Part shown: piece after piece, positions 1 to 16,530 of the stretch
Layout of the letters: the number at the start of each line of letters is the position of its first letter
How positions within the stretch are numbered: the first letter of the stretch is position 1
Assembly (NCBI RefSeq): GCF_009914755.1
Contig: NC_060928.1
DNA length: 64,000 nucleotides
Strand: one strand, 5' to 3'
DNA from: the human T2T-CHM13v2.0 reference genome, Homo sapiens
The notes under the pieces: generated by a model
The model's input: only the letters and a program-made list of their open reading frames with translations
What the model was told of the DNA's origin: nothing
The model's database searches: none
Translations under genes and position numbers: made by a program

Positions 1-908
1 CCCAATTAAGGATCAAACCTCCTTAAAAATCCAGGTTATAGACCTCACTGTTTTTAAAAACAATATGTTTATTAAAGGGTTTGTAGTATCTCCATACTAT
101 CTTAGTTAATCTACCTATCTTGAATATTTTTAATTTTACTAATGCAATTTTTAATTTCAGTATGTCAATTAGCTAAATGTCAGTTGCAGATCAAGAGACA
201 TATAGAAGAATTTATAGTTGCTGCTTCTAAAAGGTAACATATTACAGATCTTTTTCCATAGGATACTTATTGATGTCAACAAATATAAAGGCAGGAGAAA
301 TGATACTCTTAACATGCAAATATGTACTCATATAAATTCCATATTGTAATGAGGAAAAGGATCTATATGAGACGTTCTACAAAATAGCATTTTATTGATG
401 CCAATAGGAAAGAGTATATTTTATATTCAATTATGAAATATTAAAAGGAACAAAAAGGGTAGATAAGGGATTGGAATGCATGAAGTCATAAATCAGTGAT
501 TCAGATTTGGTGCTGGGGGAAGAGTCCTTTCAAAACAAAGAGATTCTTAAATACAGTGACAAAGACAAAAGAATCCTGAATGTTAGAACTGGGGAAAAAT
601 AGGAAACAAAAGGTTAAGAATAGTAGATTTAAGGCTGTACAAAGTCACTGCAAACTTTCTAAAGCAAGAGTCCAGAGGGATAGCCACTTGAGGGATGGTG
701 GATGTAGCTGCAAAGATAATCCTTATTTATAGGCGCTGAAAAAAGCTAAATCTAGGACCAGAAAAAATACTCAATCTGAGACTAGAAAGGTACAAAGTAA
801 TGATGTTGGCCTTGTACCAGGGGTTGGAAGCAATAAGCCCTCTTGGAAAAAAAGGCTGTAATTCTGAGAGTCAAATATTAGCAATTTAATGGGTAAATAA
901 GAAAACGA

Positions 909-1288
<380 letters not shown>

Positions 1289-1597
1289 CTATTTAGTTCA
1301 GTAACTCACCAAAGTTGCTAAGTAATATTCCTTTGAACCAGATGATATTACATAAGTGAAAAAGTTGACTTGGGGTACTTAGCTCAACAGGTGTGGTTTT
1401 GGCAGTGTAATCTCTTGCACTTTTATAATGAAGTGATGATAATAAAAAGTTCACCTTAGACTCACCAGGATGAAACACGACATTTTTGTCTTATAAAGTG
1501 GCTTCCTGAATGTTGCTTGTATGAAGTATTATGATACTAAATCTTTGAACATGCTTTTGTTGCACTGACAATAGACAGGGAAGATATGTTCTCCTAT

Positions 1598-1973
1598 TGT
1601 CTTCATCAATTTGTACTTCTATAAAAATACCACAGAACATGATAAAGGACAGAAATTTATGTTATCTCAGATCTTGAGGCCATGAGTTTAAGATAAAGGC
1701 ACTAGATGGTTTGGTGTCTGATGAGGGTCTGGTCTCTGCTTCTAGGGTGATGACTTATTGCTGCATCCTCTGGAGGGGTGGAATGCTGTGTCCTTACATG
1801 GCTGAAGAGACAGAAGGGGTGGAAAATGGTGAACTCCATCCACCAAGCCCTTTTATAAGAGGACCTTATTCCATTCATGAGGGCAGACCAATAAATGTCT
1901 CTTAATACTGTTGCATTGGGGGCTATGTTTCAATATGAATTTTTCAGAGAACGAATACATTCCAATTATAGCA
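1598..1973 (-). mobile_element. MaLR solo LTR (MST/MLT1A-like)
   Basis: TGTCTT...TATAGCA termini, MaLR motifs (TTGGTGTCTGATGAGGG, ATTCCATTCATGAGGGCAGA); perfect 5-bp TSD CCTAT at 1593-1597 and 1974-1978. Confidence 0.85.
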
Positions 1974-2959
1974 CCTATTTTTATGAGCATTCTGTCAGTC
2001 TACCTGGAGCTTTCAGGCAACCAGCTGTAACTTGACACCCAAAGCATCCGTCCTATTGACTTGAGCAGGAGGAGATCTCTAAATACCCTAGAGTCACTTG
2101 GTGTCCAGATAAATATGCCTTCCCTGGACCTGCACTGGAGTTAAGTGCTTGGCCTGCTTCTGCTTTTAATTTTAGTCATGCTGTACAATTCCATCATGAG
2201 GAATCTTGGAATCTCATGTTTCTCTCGGTTCCTCTAGCTCAGCCAGCAGCAGTTATGGACAGCAGCCATTTGGTATCTATTTATTTGAAGTAGACACTGA
2301 TATTTCCCCTTAAAAAGCATTCTAGGAAGTTGCACATAAGCCTGCTAGATCTCATCCCTATGTCAGGCCTGGACAGCTTGCCTAAACATTCAAAGGAAAG
2401 ATTTGAATGACAGCATTTAACTAGGCCTCTGTTTAGTGCAGGGGATTTTCCCTTTAGGTCTTTATCTTTTTACATAGGTTTAAGTAGATTAGAGAAACAT
2501 CTCCAAAAACTATCAGAAAAAATACTAGTTTTAATAATGTGCTAATAGACATTATGCAAAAAAGTCTTCCATTGTTGAATAACTGGAAAACTCTAGATAA
2601 AACAACTTTACTGAAAGATTGTCAGAAACTGAGATTGTGAACCTCAAAGAGGGGACTATTCTATATGTGCCACCTGTTACATACTTGAATGACTATAAAA
2701 TATTTTTGGTGGGAGAGGCTCATAGGATTATATTTCTGAGGAACACATTTTGAGAAAATCAAAGTAAGACTATTGTTGTAATGATGCCATGATATGTGTT
2801 GGATCTTTATTTTGTGTGGCTAGAGATCCTCTAATCTTGGCAAGCAATAATGTTAGGGCATGCCATTGTTAAGAATAGCAGTTTGATCATCAAACAATCT
2901 ATCTCAAATAATGTTGAACAAAATTGAATTCCAACATTGTAAGTCATGCTTCCCATCTT

Positions 2960-3480
2960 CATGAATCACCGATTCTAATAGGAGAAAGATATAAACAAAT
3001 TATGGTATAAGATGACAGTGACGTGTGAATAATAAGATGGCTAAAAGAATGGAGTAACTATATGTGTCTGGAACAACTATGAAAACATTTTGGAAGGCTG
3101 CAAGAGGGAGTGGAGTTTGTGGGATAATAAATATTCAGTTTTGAACATGTTATGCCTGAAGATGCTCATACATCATTCAAGTGGAGATGTAGAGAAGACA
3201 GCAGTATTAATGGGTCTGTAGTTCAGAGAAGAATCAGATACAGAATAAATTAGAAAGCACTTATATGGCTTTAAAGCCTTCAGACTGAATGAGATTACCA
3301 ACAGAGCAGATGCATTCCAAAAAGGGATACGTCCAAGTACTGTAGCTCTTCAGTATTGAGCAGTTAAGAAAATGAGGCAAGAGCAAAGGAGAACACGAAG
3401 GAGCAGCTAGTGACATTGCAGTAAAACTGAGACAACATCGCATGTTAGGAGTCAATCAAAGAAGAAATATTTATAATTAT
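2960..3480 (-). mobile_element. L2 LINE fragment
   Basis: L2 antisense motifs TTCAGTTTTGAACATGTT, TTCAAGTGGAGATGT, GGGTCTGTAGTTCAGAGAAG, TGAATGAGATTACC; boundaries approximate. Confidence 0.7.
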
Positions 3481-3684
3481 TTACCCTGCTGTGCATTCTA
3501 ATCCAACTATATTTGGCAATTTCTGCCAATATTGCCCATGTAGGCCATAGGTACCTGTATCTGTTCCTACTGTTCCTAATCTGGAGGTCAGAATGGAGTT
3601 CTTATAATTCTCAATTATCTTCAGACATAACAGATAAAGCAACACAGGTGCTTTATCTGCTATCTCTGCTGCAATTACTTCTCT

Positions 3685-4030
3685 GCCACAATCACTTATC
3701 TCCTTTTCCAAAATCCTAAAAGTTTTGAAAACCAAAAAGAGATTTGCCATTCACTTGGTAACAACTTCATCTGTCCTTTACTCTTTTGGCAGCAAAGCCT
3801 GTTTGAAATGATATGAGACAATTTATAATCTTCATTTCCTGCTTAAAGGAGACAGTCATACATTTTGCTTCCAAAAAATATTTCTGGATTTGATTTTGGC
3901 ATTGCTATCTTAGACCATTCAGCAGGTACCATGTATCTTTGATGTATGAACCTTATTATTTTTTTCCAAACCTGAAAATTTTACATTCTGAATGACATCT
4001 GATTTCAGGGGTATTAGAAAAGTAATTGCC
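3685..4030. mobile_element. Old Tigger-like DNA transposon remnant (subfamily uncertain)
   Basis: Resembles a recalled consensus (CAGCAAAGCCTG..TGATATGAGACAATTTATAATCTT..; ..ACATCTGATTTCAGGGGTATTAGAAAAG) with degenerate TIR-like ends. Confidence 0.4.
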
Positions 4031-7000
4031 ATTTTCTATAAAATTATTCTAGCTCTGTGTACATTTCATATAAAACAATATAGTCTTCCTGGAAATACAT
4101 TAAGATTGTAATAGGCTGCTGGGTAATAAAATAATTCCATTTCCCACCCTCACCTGGATTTAATCTACTTTCTCTAGGAAGAATAATTTTATAATTGCGA
4201 ACCCAGAGAAAAAATGTCTTAACTTACAAGGATATTTCCTGAATTTTCTGGCTCCCAGAAGATCATTTGGAAAAAACATCAAACCTTATCCATAATTTGT
4301 GTGAGGTCATGTTTGATCAACCTTCTGCATCATTTTTTCAATAGATATTTTGAACCTACTCTATATTAGAACTGGAGGGAAAAAGATTTTCCTGATCCCA
4401 ATCTGGATGCCTTAATTTACACTTCCTCCTCCATGGGTGTAGGAAAAAATATAGGGCTCTTGAGAGAAAATCCTGACAGACAAGTAAGACTTTTGGAAGC
4501 AGGTTCATTGGTGCAATACTATAGGGCTTAAGGGCACTATGTCTGTGTAAATGTAGGGCATTTCTTGGTCACCAATTACCCAAACCTGCTCTATACCCTC
4601 CTGTTAAGATGGAGGGTGCCTATGATTTATTACTTGAATGAATGAATAATTTTTTATTTTAAAAAGTCTATTTGGGGAAGAAATTGTGTTTAAATTATTT
4701 AATATTTTATACATATCAAGACATTTGTCAAGGGTCTTTGCCCATAATGCTGATTGAAAGTATTAAATGATGCATGGTTATGAAAATGCCAGAAAACTAA
4801 AGCCAGGAGACTTGTATTCTCATTTCAACCTTGTCACTAGCACTGTGAACTATAGCACTCTCATTCTAAATGTCATCCTTTACAAAACAAGAATAAAACC
4901 ATTCTTTGCTTCTGCACAAAGTAATTAGATAATGTACATGATAAGATACAGATAAAAGGAGTGAAAGTATAAAACAATGCAAAAATAAAATCACAAAACA
5001 ATTTTTATTAGAATTAAGCAAGAAGTTGGATATATGTTTGATATATTTCTATATTCTTTTAATGTATGAATTCTAATATAAATAAAAGGTCTTGCTTATA
5101 GAAGGCTAGAGACAAAGCAGAAAAGCTTTTTCCCCAGATGGATAGCAGAGCACTAGATCACTGGAGACGACAGTCTAGAGGTCATGTCTCTTTTGATGGA
5201 GATGGCAGCAGCCTGGGCAATGCATTGACACCACACAGCAAAGCAGAAAAGACAGCAGAGGGGTGACAAGAGCAGTGATCCTGGAGAAAAGGACTGCAGT
5301 TCAGCAGGAGGTAGCTCTGATTCTATGAGACATTCTCAATGCCCATCTCTGACCCAGCAATTTTAACAGAGAAAATGATTTTACCTAGGATCTTCTACTG
5401 GGAGGGTTTAAAGACTCTTAATTTAATTAATTTATCTAAGTATCACTGAGGATTCTCAGGAGTATTTGGGATAAAGAACATTAGAAGTTAGGGGGATCTT
5501 TTAGTCAAATTGAGCTTTAGATTGTAAATCTATAGGGTTGTGCTCAACAATAGGCAGGGTCTGTGACACCCTAGTTATACTGTAATCCATAATAAATTGA
5601 TAAGCAATTTTGGATTCTAATCATTTATATATGTATTTTCTCCCTTTCTTTTATGAATATAATGTGTTCTTATGTATTTTTTATTTACATGTCTAGCAAT
5701 TGTAAACTCAATGGCAAAGAACATGGATGTATTTAACTTTCCATCCAAATTACTCATAATAATGCTGACTCATAATATAACTAAATATTTTCCTGGTAGA
5801 TAAGGCAATGAATCAATTAGTTCTGTATTTGAAATGATGAAAAACAAGTGACTTTAATAAACTCTTTTGTGTGTAAAAAAACACTGACCTAGTTATTACA
5901 TAGCTGTGGTAAACTCTTAGGATTTTGGTTGTTTATTTGTTTACTAATTATGTGACCTTTAGCGATTCATTTAACTTCTAGATCATCTTCAATTGTCCAT
6001 GTATAGTAAAAAAATGCAAGCTGGACTAGATATTTTCTAAATTTTTTTTATACCATGAACATTATTTGTTTGTATTTTAAAACCAAATAAGCCTCTGTTA
6101 AGATGGATGTGTGTTTGTGTGTGTGTTTATGTGTAGATGTAAGATACTGATATGATAAAATGAAGAGTATAAGAAAAAATCTGCGACCAAATGCTGGGAT
6201 GTTAGTCTAATCAAAAACTAAATTTCTTACTAGTGCTGTCTCTCTTTTAAGTCTCCCCTTTTGTTGTTTTCAAGATAGCATTGGGTATTTTCATGGTGGC
6301 AGGAAGAATCCTGGAACCATATTTAAGTCTCTTGTGTGGTTGAATCACTATGGTCTCTACTGCCAAAGTTGGTCATCCCTCAATTAGCTTCGGAGACTTC
6401 CTTGTTTTGACACTGTACTTACTCAGCCCATTGGTTTATTATGTCATTTCTAAATGTATCATTAGGCATATGAGAATGCATTACATCATATGTAGGTTGT
6501 AGGGAATCTGGGACACTCTCTCAGCCACTGTGAAGCTAACACAGGATGGATACCAGGGGGACTGTGGCATCATGCTGAGTAAATAAGTTTTCCAAACATT
6601 TAGCAACTTTCCCAGGATATGGGAAATAAAGCAAGGAGCAAGCCTGGAAGTTTTTTTTCTTTTTTTTTTTCACCTCAAAACACACATGCATTAGTTTTTT
6701 ATATTAAACCTATTTGGCTATGTCTACCATTCTCTCCCATCAGGTTGACCACCAGGTGAGGTTGACACCAGGGACACCCATGTCTGACCTTTTGTTCTGC
6801 CAATTTTTACTCTTCTTTTCAACAATAGAAGAGCTTTCAATCATGAATTCACGTTTCATAGAATCTTCATTTACATTATCTTCCTTATCCATCCGTATAG
6901 TTAAAGTAAATACATAAATTAGTCTTGAAAATGAAATAGTATTGAAAGTAAAAAGAAGGGCAAATGGTAAACTGGATGAATGACTGAACAAAATTTTGGC

Positions 7001-8530
7001 TGAAATCAAGACTGTCCTTGTCATCACACTACCTATGGTGAGATTGTATGATTAAAGTAAACTATGTTTGACTAATATTAAAGAGGAACTTTTAGAGTTT
7101 AGAAGACTTCTTTCTTAAGAAAGTATGACTTTCAAAAGTATTGTTTTGCTAGAGACTCTATGAGGTCAGCTTTCAGGCACCACAATAAGCAATGATGACT
7201 TCAGTCTGGGCAGGAGCCACATTTCCCTGAAGCAACACTCGCCTTTGGTAGTACTGATTGGGTGCCAGTGGGGGTGATAATTATGAGACTGCCATCATAG
7301 AAATATCAAAAGGCCTTCATCTGATATTTTAGAATATTTTTCCTTTACATGTAATATGAGTCTAGGGTAAAAGGCAAGATTTAAACGTAAATTGTATCAA
7401 TTTTATTGACTGAGAGATTGACCTGTAGTAGATCTTTCTTTTTCTACTTCATTTACTACTTATGTTACAACTTTATCATAATCATTTTGAAACTTTAAAA
7501 AATGAGAATGATGCATTTAATTGCACATGTACAGTGAGTTAACTGCGCTCTAAGTAAAGATGAAACCTTAATACTAGAGGTGGTGTACAAAAATATTTTA
7601 CTCGTGCAAAATGAGGGGTTCTGTTATTTTAATATTAAAGAAAGTAGATGGCCAAATTGTTAATTGCTAACCCATGTTATATTCTGAATTCATGTTTTCG
7701 AGAAATGTATTACCAAGAAGTTTTATTTTCTTTCTAATATTAGCAGCCAGAACAATCTGGAATGTAGAATTATAAAGAACACAATTATTTTTCAGTTGCA
7801 TACACGGAAAGCCTCTAGTGCCCCCAATAGAAGGAAATGCCATAGGTCATTTTAACAATGTTATTTATAGCTATCTGGGTGAGTAAGTTACCAGAGGATG
7901 TGACAGGACATTTTAGTTTTCATTATGCAGTTTTCTCATTTGTAAGGTTATGTCATTAGTTTCTAGATGTATGTAGACTGTGTAGGAAGAATATAAACGG
8001 GTTGAAATGAGTGGACTCTAAATTCTGAAGTGTCTAAAATGTACTTTAGAATGGCTGAATGGCAAAGGCAGAGGGAAATGGAGGTCAAATGAATAATTAA
8101 ATAGGGCTTTGATGGTTAACAATATCTAGGTTATTACAATTTTGTTAAGCATTTGCAGTTGGGGAGGATTAAAAAACATTAATGGAAAAATCAAAAGGTA
8201 CAATTAAAAGCAGTTCAAAGCCCAAGTTTATTTTTTTAGAGTAAGCAAATTAGACTACCAAAAGGTCAAAATAATTTTAAATTAGGAAAAAAAAAAAACA
8301 CAAGTGTTAAAGGAAGAGAATATGAAGCGAGCAGTCATCTGGAAGGTACCCTGACAAGCAAAAGATAGGAATATCCAGCTTCCACTTGGACATCTACCAG
8401 AAGGGGTACAAGTTTTGTATAATGAACATGCACGGTTACTCATTTAAACAGGCTAAGGCTAAGAAAACCCAGAGAAACAAAAATGTTTGGGATGGGGATG
8501 TAGGTTCGGGTGGGTTAAGTTAAAAATTTC

Positions 8531-8822
8531 GGCCTGGCGCGGTGGCTCACGCCTGTAATCCCAGCACTTTGGGAGGCTGAGGTGGGTGGATCAAGGGGTC
8601 AGGAGTTCAAGACCAGCCTAGCCAAGATGGTGAAACCCCATCTCTACTAAAAAATACAAAAAATTAGCCCGGCGCAATGGCAGGCACCTGTAATCCCAGC
8701 TACTTGGGAGGCTGAGGCAGGAGAATTGACTCGGAGGGTGGAGGTTGCAGTGAGCTGAGATCATGCCACTGCACTCCAGCCTGGGTGACAGAGACTCCAT
8801 CTCAAAAAAAAAGAAAAAAAAA
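8531..8822 (+). mobile_element. AluSg-like SINE
   Basis: GGCCTGGCGCGGTGGCTCACGCC start, GGAGTTCAAGACCAGCCTAGCCAAGATGG, poly-A; small deletion in right arm. Confidence 0.95.
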
Positions 8823-11800
8823 TTCATGAGTTAAAATGGAAGGAAGCTTTGGCAAAAGAAAATACAAAATTAGATTCTTAATTGCCAGCTTCCTCTATCA
8901 AATTGAGGAAAAGATAGATTATACCATTAACAAAAAATAGGCACAAGATGCATACACCGAAAACATCATCCACTTAGAAATGAAGCATTTTGATATAAAG
9001 CCCCAGTAGAATTAATTCTTGTCTCCTGTGCAATTATAAAGCCACTTTCTAAAGAAAATTTGAATCATAAAACAAAACTACATTATTAATAAATAAGAAA
9101 AAGAGACAATGTTTATTTTTAAGTTTAATAAGATGTTTCAAATTTGCATGAAGGCAGGTTCACCAAGACAGTTTCCACATACATCTGGTGACAAATTTTC
9201 AGACCTGATAAAATGTTTGTGAGTCTTTCTTCATTACTGTGAAATGTACAAGGCTTAACTGTTTTCTTTTTAATCAGCAAAGTTAGAACAAGATATTTAT
9301 CTACTTCTTTAGGCATTTCAGTGTCATCAGAAGGTAATAAAAGACAGAAAATGAAAATAAGAAAATGGAAAATAAAATTTACCATGAAATAGCAACACAG
9401 GCAAAATGTATACTTAATTTGGATTGTGTACGCCAAGTGATTTGTGTTTGTAACAGTGCTATGTGACTTGTGAAGACAGATTCTCAATAGTAGAATGGAA
9501 AATAACTAAATTCAAATGTTTCCCAAGGAGTTAGAGATAAGATATATGGTGCATTAAATTAACTACTGCATATAAAGAAGAATTGATGCACATAAAGCTG
9601 GAAACCAAATGATGCTACTAGCCAAGGTCATTGACTAGATCTATGCAGATAGTACTCTGCATAACTTTACAGGATACCATTTAGGCCTCTTTATCCAGGG
9701 ACTACAAAATAGTAGACTGTTAACTTTTTATTTCATAATTGTATTGGCTGAGCTAAACAGGTTAAATTCAAGACAGCTTAACCCCAAGTTGTCAGCTGGT
9801 TATTTGAACAAGTATTCCAGGGCTTTAGTTGAATTCAGGATGAAGTTTCCTCACATCACTTCACTTTTCATCTCTTGCCACAATATCCTAACCTCAGCTT
9901 CTGATGTGGTGGATAAGATGACCCCTCCACTCTCTCCAGTCACAATTGCCATGCCCCCACCTGGTGTCTGGAGCAGAAACTCAGGGCATGGGAATCATCG
10001 CATTTCCAGCTTTCCACAAATTGAAACTAGTATTGACTTTAAGGAAACAGAAGGTAGGTAAAATGATATGGGAGAATAATAAGTTAAGCAAAAACTACTG
10101 CCAATTCCAGATCTGTCTTGGGATCTCTTACTAGACCAGTTCTTTGGTTTATATCAGTTCTATGTCACTTAGGGAAGATCACAGTATCCCTCCCACCCCT
10201 TAACATCTAAAACCACTTAGAGTCTGGAAGGTTTCCTTTCTCTTCTCTATCTCCCGCTTCCACCAAGACCCATAGAGCAAGTTTACTCTCCAGCTTTTAA
10301 AAAAGCTTGCCAGCTCAAGGTCTTAGTTGTCTAGGATGAATGACAGCAGGAACATCAAATCTCTTAGGGAAAAATATCAGCAACCTAACTTATAAGGATG
10401 TGCTCTGGCTCCAGTGCCCCTAAAGACAATTTTAAAGATATTACAACATAAGCACAGTGTGAAATATATCAGCCTTATTCATAGTCTCTTAATGTGGGTT
10501 TATGTGTTTATAATCACCCATTTGTTTTTTAATCACCATATTTGTTAATGCAAAATTGTACAAAAGAACAGTCACTTTTATTATCTTTGGGTAGATTTGT
10601 ACCTCTATTTTACTGAGTACATTATGGTGAATAATATTAACTTGAAAAAATAAAAGGCCAGTTGGCCAAGTTAAGTCCCATTAGTTCAGGAGTCTATGAA
10701 CACCCAGAGGCTTAAATATCCTATTTCAACATCGTGAAGTTTAGGGAGAAATATTATGTAGGCACAGGAAATAGAAAATAGAAGAAAACCCAATTTGATC
10801 TTTGGGTACAAAAATCACACATATGTTTTCTATGCTTTATCAATTATCTAGAAGAGATTCACTTTCTAGCTGAAACAACAGTTTATGAATCTCCCATCAT
10901 AAATGTTAATTTCCAAAATAATACCTTCAACACTTGGCACTCACTAAACATCTGTTAAATGCAAATGCAGTATGTTTTTAAAGTAATGGCTGTTAATGAC
11001 CACATCTACTAAGTATCTATTTAACTGAAGGAACATAATGTGGGTTGTGGGGAAATATGATTTGATTTATTTCATGATTATAATATCAAATATGACTTTC
11101 ATGCAAGGATTAAAGAAATATTTCTGAATTTACTATTTTTGTTTTTAGTTTATTCTAATCTCTATTGTTAATGACTTCTTTATATTCACTTTGAGAGCCT
11201 GCAGTATTAGACAATTAAGTGTCTTCATTGAATAAAGACGGTAGTTGCGCACAGGAAAGAGAAGCTTTTGTAGCTCTTTTGTTTCCATATAGGAAAATCT
11301 GAATCCATCCACAAGGCCTGGTTTATGGCTCTTCCAGGTTGTGGCAGCAATTTTTTCATAGTTCTTTATTAGAAATGATTGTATTGAGCTCTTTGTAGTT
11401 AAGTACTTACCTTCTTTGTTGTTGTAGTGTCTAGGGTGGTGATAATATGTAGAAGATGTTCAATCAATGCTTCTAGGAAAGTAAGAATAAGTGAATAAAT
11501 GGTTGAATGGATGAAACCTTAATGAGGCAAAAAAAGATGCATTCAATTTTCAAGAAACAAGAGGTTAAGGTACAAAATTCTTTAACGTTTAACCTTTTAT
11601 TCTTGCATTCCCCAGCACCACCAACCTATTTACAATGATTTAAAATTATGTTATAATATTGTGATGAAACATTAGTTTCATCTTTTATCCTATGAGAAAA
11701 TGTGTCTATGGAGTAACAAAGGCTTCTGAGGGAATGGACTGAACTGATAGCTTTTACAAGAAAAACATATAGATTCTTTCCTATGGCAAGCATCAGGGAC

Positions 11801-13603
11801 TTGGCAGAACTAATATAAAAAGAAAAAATGAGTTTGAGCTTCTGTTTCTGTTTGTGAAATCCATATTTTATATTACAGTGATTGCCAGGAGAATTCAGAA
11901 AAGCTGAGATGTATTAAAAAATAAAACATGTAACCTTCGGAAGAGCCCTTCTCTAAGAATCTTTTCTTCTACACAAAGATGTTATTAACTGTAGAGTTAA
12001 TCTGAAATTGCAGAGATTTCAATAAGAAAGATCATTGTCAACATTTCCATTGCAGAAATAATGTTTCATTTTTCTAGAATTAATCACAACATTTTAAAAC
12101 CATATGATACATGAAAAGTAAGGATGGAGACTGCGTAGAGATTTGCTCTTTGAAATGTAATTTAGAGACCACATTGGGGTAGATTTTGCCATAAATGTCC
12201 CCAATCATATATTATGCATACCAGGCCCTTAATGCAATAAAATTCCTGAATGTTAATCATTATTATGTAGGTAACAAGATAATTCTTGTTATAAATGATA
12301 TAAATAAGACACATCACTTGATATTGAATGTAAAATTTCCGGAGTGGTTGAAAGAGAAAATCCTGCAAAGTGAAAACGGCCATATGTAAATTGACGTTTA
12401 AAGGACTTGTGACCTCATCTGCCAAACCAGGACTTTAGCCCCGTGATGATACTGGGAATGCCCATATGGCAGGGTCTCAATGCATGCTGGGCATCTACGT
12501 TTTTCTTCTCACTTTGTTTTCTTGGTAAGGATCTTAGTTTCCTGCTGTTACCATAACTACCCAGTGATAGAGCCAGCTGCTACTAATAAAAATCCCTCTT
12601 CAACCCATCAGGTGTATGTTCTCCTAGACCTAAGTTTCCCCAAAGATAGGCTGTGTCTAGTATAAATAAAGAGAATATCCTCTACTTAAGCTTTTTATTG
12701 TTTTAATTTAAAAAATTATTATAGTGGACATACAATAATTATACATATTTGTGGAGTACAGTATGATATTTTGTTACATGTATACAATATGTAAAATCAA
12801 ATCAGAGTATTTAGCATATCTTTCGCCTCATAGATTTATTTCTTTGTGGTGAGAATATTCAAAATTCTCTCTTCTAGCTATTTTGAAATACACAATATAA
12901 TATTGTTAACCCTAGTCAACCCACTCTGCAATAGAACACCAAACTTATTTTTCCTATCTGTAATGCTGTACCCATTGACCAATCCCTATCCTCTCATCTC
13001 TCCTCCTCTCCCCAGGTCCCAGTAGCTACTATTCCACTCCCTACTACTATGAGATCAACTTTTAGATACCACATATGAATGAGATCATCCAGTTTTGTCT
13101 TTTGGTGCCTGGCTTATTTCACCTAACCTAATGTCCTTCAGGTTCACCCATGTTGCCACAGATGACCGGATTTTATTGTTTTCTATGGATGAATAGTATT
13201 CCATTGTATGAATATACCACATTTTCTTTATTCATTCATCTATTGATGGATACTTGATTCCATTTCTTGTCTATTGTGAAGAGTGTGGCAATAAACATGA
13301 GAGTGTAGATATCTCTTCAGCATACTGATTGCATTTCCTTTGGATATGAACCCAGTTGTGGGATTGCTAGAATACATGGTAGTTCTATTTATATATTTTG
13401 TGGAATCTGCATACTGTTTCCCATAATGGCTGGACTAATTTATGTTCCCACCTGTGTATAAGTCCCTCTTTCTCCACATTCTTGCCAACATTTGTTATTT
13501 TATATGTTTTCGATAATAGCCATTCTAACAGGTGTGGGGTGATTTTTTCTCTAAAGTTTTGATTTGTATTTTACTACTGATTAATACTGCTGAACATTTC
13601 TTA

Positions 13604-13966
<363 letters not shown>

Positions 13967-14156
13967 CTATTCAGGTCTTTTATCCATTTTTAAATTGGAT
14001 TATTATTATATTATTTTTTTCCTGTTGAGTTTCTTATTAATGATGAATATTAACCCTTTGTCAGATACATAGTTTATAATTTTTTTTACCATTTTGTAAG
14101 TTGTCTTTTTACTCTATTGGTTATTTCCTTTGCTGTGCAAAAGCTTTTTGGTTTGA

Positions 14157-14624
<468 letters not shown>

Positions 14625-16394
14625 TGATTTTTTTAATATGGTGAGAGATAAAAATCTAGCTTTATTCTTCTGATTCTTCTGCATGTGGATATCCAGCTTT
14701 CCCAACACGATTTATAGAAGAGATTGTCCTTTCTCCATTGTGCATGCTTGGCAACTTTGTCAAAAATCAGTTAGCTATAAGGTCATGGATTTATTTCTGT
14801 GTTCTCTATTCTCTTCCTTTGGTCTATTTGTCTATTTTTATTGCTACTACCATGCTATTCTGTTTATTATTGCTTTGTAGTATATTTTGAAGTCAGGAAG
14901 TATAATGCATCAAGCTTTGGTCTTTTTGGTCAAGATTGCTTTGGCTATTTGAAGTCTTTTGTGGTTCCATACAAATTTTAGTATTGTACTTTTCTATTTC
15001 TGTGGAAGAATATCATTGTTATTTTGATATTGCTTACACCAAATCTGCAGATCACTTTAGACATTTTAACAATATGAATTCTTCCAATCTATGAGCAAAA
15101 TTGCCCTGTTTGCAGATGACATGATCATGTATATAGAAAACCCTAAATATTTTACTAAAAAAACTCTTGGAACTAATAATCAAATTCAGTAAAGTTTTAA
15201 GATACAAAATAAACATACAAAAATCTATAGCATTTCTATATATGAATAGAAAACTATCTGAAAAATAAGAGAGCCTCATTTACAATAGCTACAAAAAACA
15301 CTTAGAAATAAATTTAATCAAGCAGGTAAAAGATCTCTACACTGAAAACTATAACATTGATGAAAGAAATTGAATAAGACACAAAGAAATGGAAATATAT
15401 TCTATACTCAATCTCTCTTAAATTTAGCCTTTGTCACAAAGACATAAAAGTAATGCTGCTTATGACTCACAATTGAACTTTCAGTGAATCACATTTAGTG
15501 AAAGGAGTTTCTCCATGTTCTTGCTATGGGTGGGTCTCCTTCAGGTCTCAGGCTCAGTTAAGAGGCTTATCAGAGTTCTAATCTCTGAGACATACATTCT
15601 GTAGTACTATGTATTTCTCTCCACCTTCTTTCAACCTTATTTTTCTTCCTTACTGTATGTTCAGTCATTCATCAGGGCCTAGAGTTATACTATGTTTTCC
15701 AATGCCCACAGTAAGGTTTAGGTTTCACTTTGAAACTTTTGCTATTAATATTTACATATTGACCTAGTAAATATGGTCTGGTCTACTTAATAAGAAACTA
15801 ACATTTGGGCTGGGATTGGCTGGGAGAAATGAGTATATCAGACCTAGGGTACTATGATATATTTATTTCCTCAAATTTTTGTCCAAAAATATAATTTTCT
15901 TTGTTTTCCAGATAGAAGCCTTCTGATTGAATGTACATAGATCTGTATCAGGAAACCCAAGAAATAAAAGTATTAGGCTTAATTGTTAATGTGTCAAGTG
16001 CTTATTCTTTCATATATTTAATGTGTTTTTCCTAATTTTATTAATAAACTATAGAAGATCTTGTCAAAATAAAAGTAAATTTACTAGTCTGTGAAAAGAA
16101 AGGCCCAGGCCACATGCTTTGAGTGTTTTCCAGACCTCTCCTAGGCGTCCTAGTCTCTATTCTATTATGCATTAATTTTGTGGCCATTGTTGATCACACA
16201 ATTGTTTTGACTCAGTGGCTTCATGTGTAAAACAAAGATACTCATGCAGTATAATCTGACCTGAACGATTATTAGAAAGAAATGTCTAAGATCTTCACAG
16301 ATGAACATAAGATGTTACATAAATCAAAGATTTTGAATACTTCTCATTTTCCTAGGCAAGAAAGGACATTTTAAGACACTTATTGTTATATATG

Positions 16395-16530
16395 CTTGTA
16401 TATATGTAAAATGGGTTAATAGTAAAGAGACCCTAGAGTCATTGAAAGGCTTAAATGAGTTAGAACATAGATAGTGTTGAGAACAGTATTTAGTGCCCAG
16501 TACATAGTCAACAAACATTAGCTGTAATTA
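16395..16530 (+). mobile_element. MIR SINE fragment
   Basis: TGTAAAATGGG..AAATGAGTTA..AGTGCCCAGTACATAG..AAACATTAGCT core and 3' end. Confidence 0.65.

Noticed and set aside
6714-7027. 95-aa minus-strand ORF with a charged stretch (MDKEDNVNEDSMKRE..)
   Set aside because: No recognisable homology or exon structure; possibly a decayed transposon fragment but unsupported
9125-10134. 120-aa and 105-aa ORFs in unique AT-rich DNA
   Set aside because: No domain similarity; lengths are compatible with chance given alternative start codons
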